A stretch of DNA of 63,998 nt, filler included, from Circinaria calcarea (Eukaryota), in NCBI GenBank assembly GCA_051942165.1. It is 21 parts of 21 records of this genome, joined end to end, with 100 filler letters (N's around TTAATTAATTAA, not from the genome) between each part and the next. Parts side by side here need not be neighbours in the genome. Positions count along the whole stretch, not along the records: positions 61,106 to 63,998 come from JAVECS010003183.1; 20 more parts are not named here. One strand, given 5' to 3'. Below the pieces are notes generated by a model. It made no database searches. It saw only the letters and a list, made by a program, of their open reading frames with translations, and was not told the DNA's origin. Made by a program: the position numbers and the translations under genes. Shown here one piece after another: positions 61,106 to 63,998 of this stretch. The first letter of the stretch is position 1, and each line of letters opens with the position of its first letter.

Positions 61106-63650
61106 TCCAACAACTACGTAGGAGGTTCTCTCCGACGGAAACATCGGAGAAGGATGGCATTGCTTTTACGTTTAGAATGGTCCCTTCTGACCCAGACTTC
61201 CCGTTCGAAATGGCTGGGTTGGAGTGCGTACTTCATGTACCAGATACCTATCCCAAAGGCGGTACTCCATCGCTGGACGTACGAAATAAGGAGATGGGTA
61301 GAGGATATCAGATCAACATCGAAAGGGGATTTGATAAGTTACGAACCAATTCCCCAGAAGCGACACTGCTCGCGTTGATGAACGCGTTGGACAGGCAGCT
61401 AGAGTCTTTACTGACAGAGCAGAAAGCCGAAACCCTCAAGATCATCCCAAACATTGTACCCAAACGACCTGCGGCTCACGGACTTTCTGACCCCAATGCC
61501 AGACCGTTGCCAAAGAAGACGGCCGAAGTTCCAAAGCCACCACACACCTATACCCAAGAGGAAAAGGGAATAGCTCAAGCCCGAAGGGAGACAGAGGTTC
61601 GCCAATTAGAGGCTCGCCTTGGCAGGTTACCGCTTTACAATAGATCTTTAGATGGCATTGCCTATACGCTTCCAATCGAGCCACGGAGGAGAGTTGACCT
61701 GCCTGTTCCACTGCAAGTCGTACGGACGGTCAAGCTCTTTGTTCCGATGCTTTATCCTCTACAAACATGTAGGATCGAGATTCAGGGCGTGGCCAGAGAT
61801 GCTGCGCGGAACACCGAGAGAAGGTTTGAGAGCAAAGCCAAGGAGAACTCGGAGATGACTTTAATGGGTCATGTCAACTACCTGTCGCAGAATATGCATG
61901 TACTCGCTACAGAGACTGTGATGGATCGCCCTGAAATGGTTGTTGATGATCTCGCCATGTCTGATTTGAATGTCAAGGAGCCTCACGAGAAACCTTCAAT
62001 CAGTAGTGGAAACGCTGGCTTCGAAGAGGCTTACGATGACCGTAGCCATATTAAGGTTATACCAAGGCCTCCCGAATGGAGAGTCGGAGGCGAAGTTGAT
62101 GCGGATGATGGCAGTGGTTCCTCGGATTCTTATGACTCAGGAGATGAATATATAGACGATGCGTCTGACGGCGAACCTGATCCCGTACCGGGCGCATTTA
62201 GCACAACACCCGAACGCGGTGTTTTACTCTCATTCCCCTATCTTGAATTGCATGGCATCGAACTTCTCGAACTTGTATCGTTATGTGTCACCATCAAGTG
62301 CGAGCGATGTAAGGACACAATGGACGTGAACAACCTTCGCAGCAGTCCAGATCCAGGATCTTCAGGAGCACGTACCGAGTCTTGCAAAAAGTGTGCAAGT
62401 CAGCTCAGCATTGGTGAGCCGTGATCACTGACAACCTTCTCTCGCGGCATGTGGCTAATCATCTAAGGCTATCGAAAGGAATTGATGCACGCCAATTCCG
62501 TTCGGGCTGGCTATCTAGACCTTGACGGATGTATAGTTGTCGATATGCTCCCAAGGTATATATTCGGCTGCATTTCAGCAATCGTTTCGTTTTCGGCATT
62601 GCTTAAGTCGCTAATCCTAACCGCAGCAACTTCATCCCCACATGCTCCGAATGTTCAACTTCTCAAGCTCTACCAGGCATTGTCTCCGTAAGAGGAGAGT
62701 CATCAATGGCAATCTGCAGAGAATGCCATCACAGAATGAGTATGTTGCTCAGCATTGGAATATCAGCCCCATTGTCTTCCGTGTCCCTGCTCGGATCTCA
62801 ACGTTAAGAAGTTCCCCACACTTATCTATAGCAGACATGTGCTATGCTTTAAGACTTGACCTTTCGAGGAACATGACTAAAGTGTACTTTAGGCTTCAAA
62901 ATCCCCGAAGTCAAGTTCCTGATCGTCAGTACAGCAGTAGGTAAGCTGTCCGATACCTACTCACTCTTCCATGAATCGTCTTCTTAACCTAGATTTGCAC
63001 GGGATTGTTTCTTGGTTCTCCCTACTTCTGCTTACTAGCATCTTCTGACCCTTTTGTCTTGTTGATACCTCCAACTAACTCAACATCCCCTCTTCAGTCC
63101 GAGCAAATCGTGCCCCGCTGCGAAAAAGGGTACCAGACTCCATCTATTCCTCCCCCCTTTTCTCCAGCTCCCTAAAACTAACCTACTCCTCCCGCTCCCC
63201 TCATAGATCCGCGAAAACCTCGGCATTACCGCTGGTCAAGAACTGCCCAACCGCGGCCGCTGCACCCACTACGCGAAATCATACCGCTGGTTCCGTTTCT
63301 CGTGCTGTGCCAAAGTGTACCCCTGCGACAAATGCCACGACGCGGCGCAAGACCACCTGAACGAGTTTGCGAACCGCATGATTTGCGGGTTCTGCTCCCG
63401 GGAGCAGAATTATCGACCTGAGGACTGTGGGACCTGTCGGGCTGTGCTAGTGGGGAAGAAGGGAAGTGGATTTTGGGAAGGGGGAAGGGGGACAAGGGAT
63501 AAGACGAGGATGAGTAGAAAAGGTATGGGAATATATTGTTACTCTACCAAAATATATAAAAGACCCTACTAATCCAAGCTTTTCTTTTTACTGCCAACAG
63601 ATCCACGGAAGTACAAACACCGCCCTTTGGGAAAGTCGAAAGCGACGTGA
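61106..63650 (+). CDS. CHY zinc-finger domain protein (5' truncated, multi-exon)
   Basis: PSDPDFPFE, CERC..CKKC, GRCTHYAKSYRWFRFSCCAKVYPCDKCHD, RMICGFCSREQ, GFWEGGRGTRDKTRMSRKDPRKYK. Confidence 0.9.
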
Positions 63651-63998
63651 GCCCTTTTCTTCACTTGAAGTACAATGAGGTCCTCGAACCATGACCGTTG
63701 ATTACTGCGGGGGTACTCTTAAATGCGGTTGTGTACCAAATATCAAATCACACCTGCCCTTGAAATGCCTGAAAAGACTGAGATGGAACAGGAAAAACAA
63801 AATTTGAAAAAAAAAAAGACCGAGTGGAAACAGATCACTCGTAGACCAAAAACCCCACAATCAGATTTTTTAAAAAGCTCTTCTCATCCCCGCCGGCCCG
63901 CCCTTTTTCCAATTTCCCTTGTACTACACTATCCCTTGGAAAGCAAAAACCCCAAGACCCCGGACCCCGGTGCACGGGGGTACCTTTTAGAATCCCCC

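Overview
This is not one locus. It is 21 unrelated ~2.95 kb contigs joined by 20 artificial 100-nt linkers (N44-TTAATTAATTAA-N44), so gene adjacency only means something within a contig. The DNA is from a filamentous ascomycete: short GT-AG introns with CTAAC branch sites, fungal gene families, and RIP-like C>T damage. Housekeeping genes or fragments include iPGM, prefoldin 6, VPS4, PPWD1/Cyp15, VAC8, DNA ligase I, ESA1, FMC1, a CFA synthase, a sugar porter, a C6-type transcription factor, a GAF histidine kinase and a CHY-finger protein. Accessory genes include a HET protein, a hydrolase-NB-ARC-TPR NLR, a kinase-like domain, a CorA-like protein, an AAA ATPase, a BTB protein, an amidinotransferase and a BBE-like oxidase. 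Decayed mobile DNA includes solo LTRs with target-site duplications and a ferric-reductase/MADS-like relic. The most striking items are: (i) a Kex2-processed repeat precursor with 23 units that mostly converge on the heptapeptide DVAYTVD; (ii) a 545-aa secreted protein whose acidic (DFEER)n/EA pro-region hides a 14-aa amphipathic cationic peptide; (iii) an unannotated 3-exon microprotein head-to-head with a CorA-like gene, with a 60-bp hairpin insertion between them; (iv) two haplotypes of a Pro/Leu/Gly-rich secreted protein that differ in repeat number. All family assignments come from motif recognition by eye; no searches were run.
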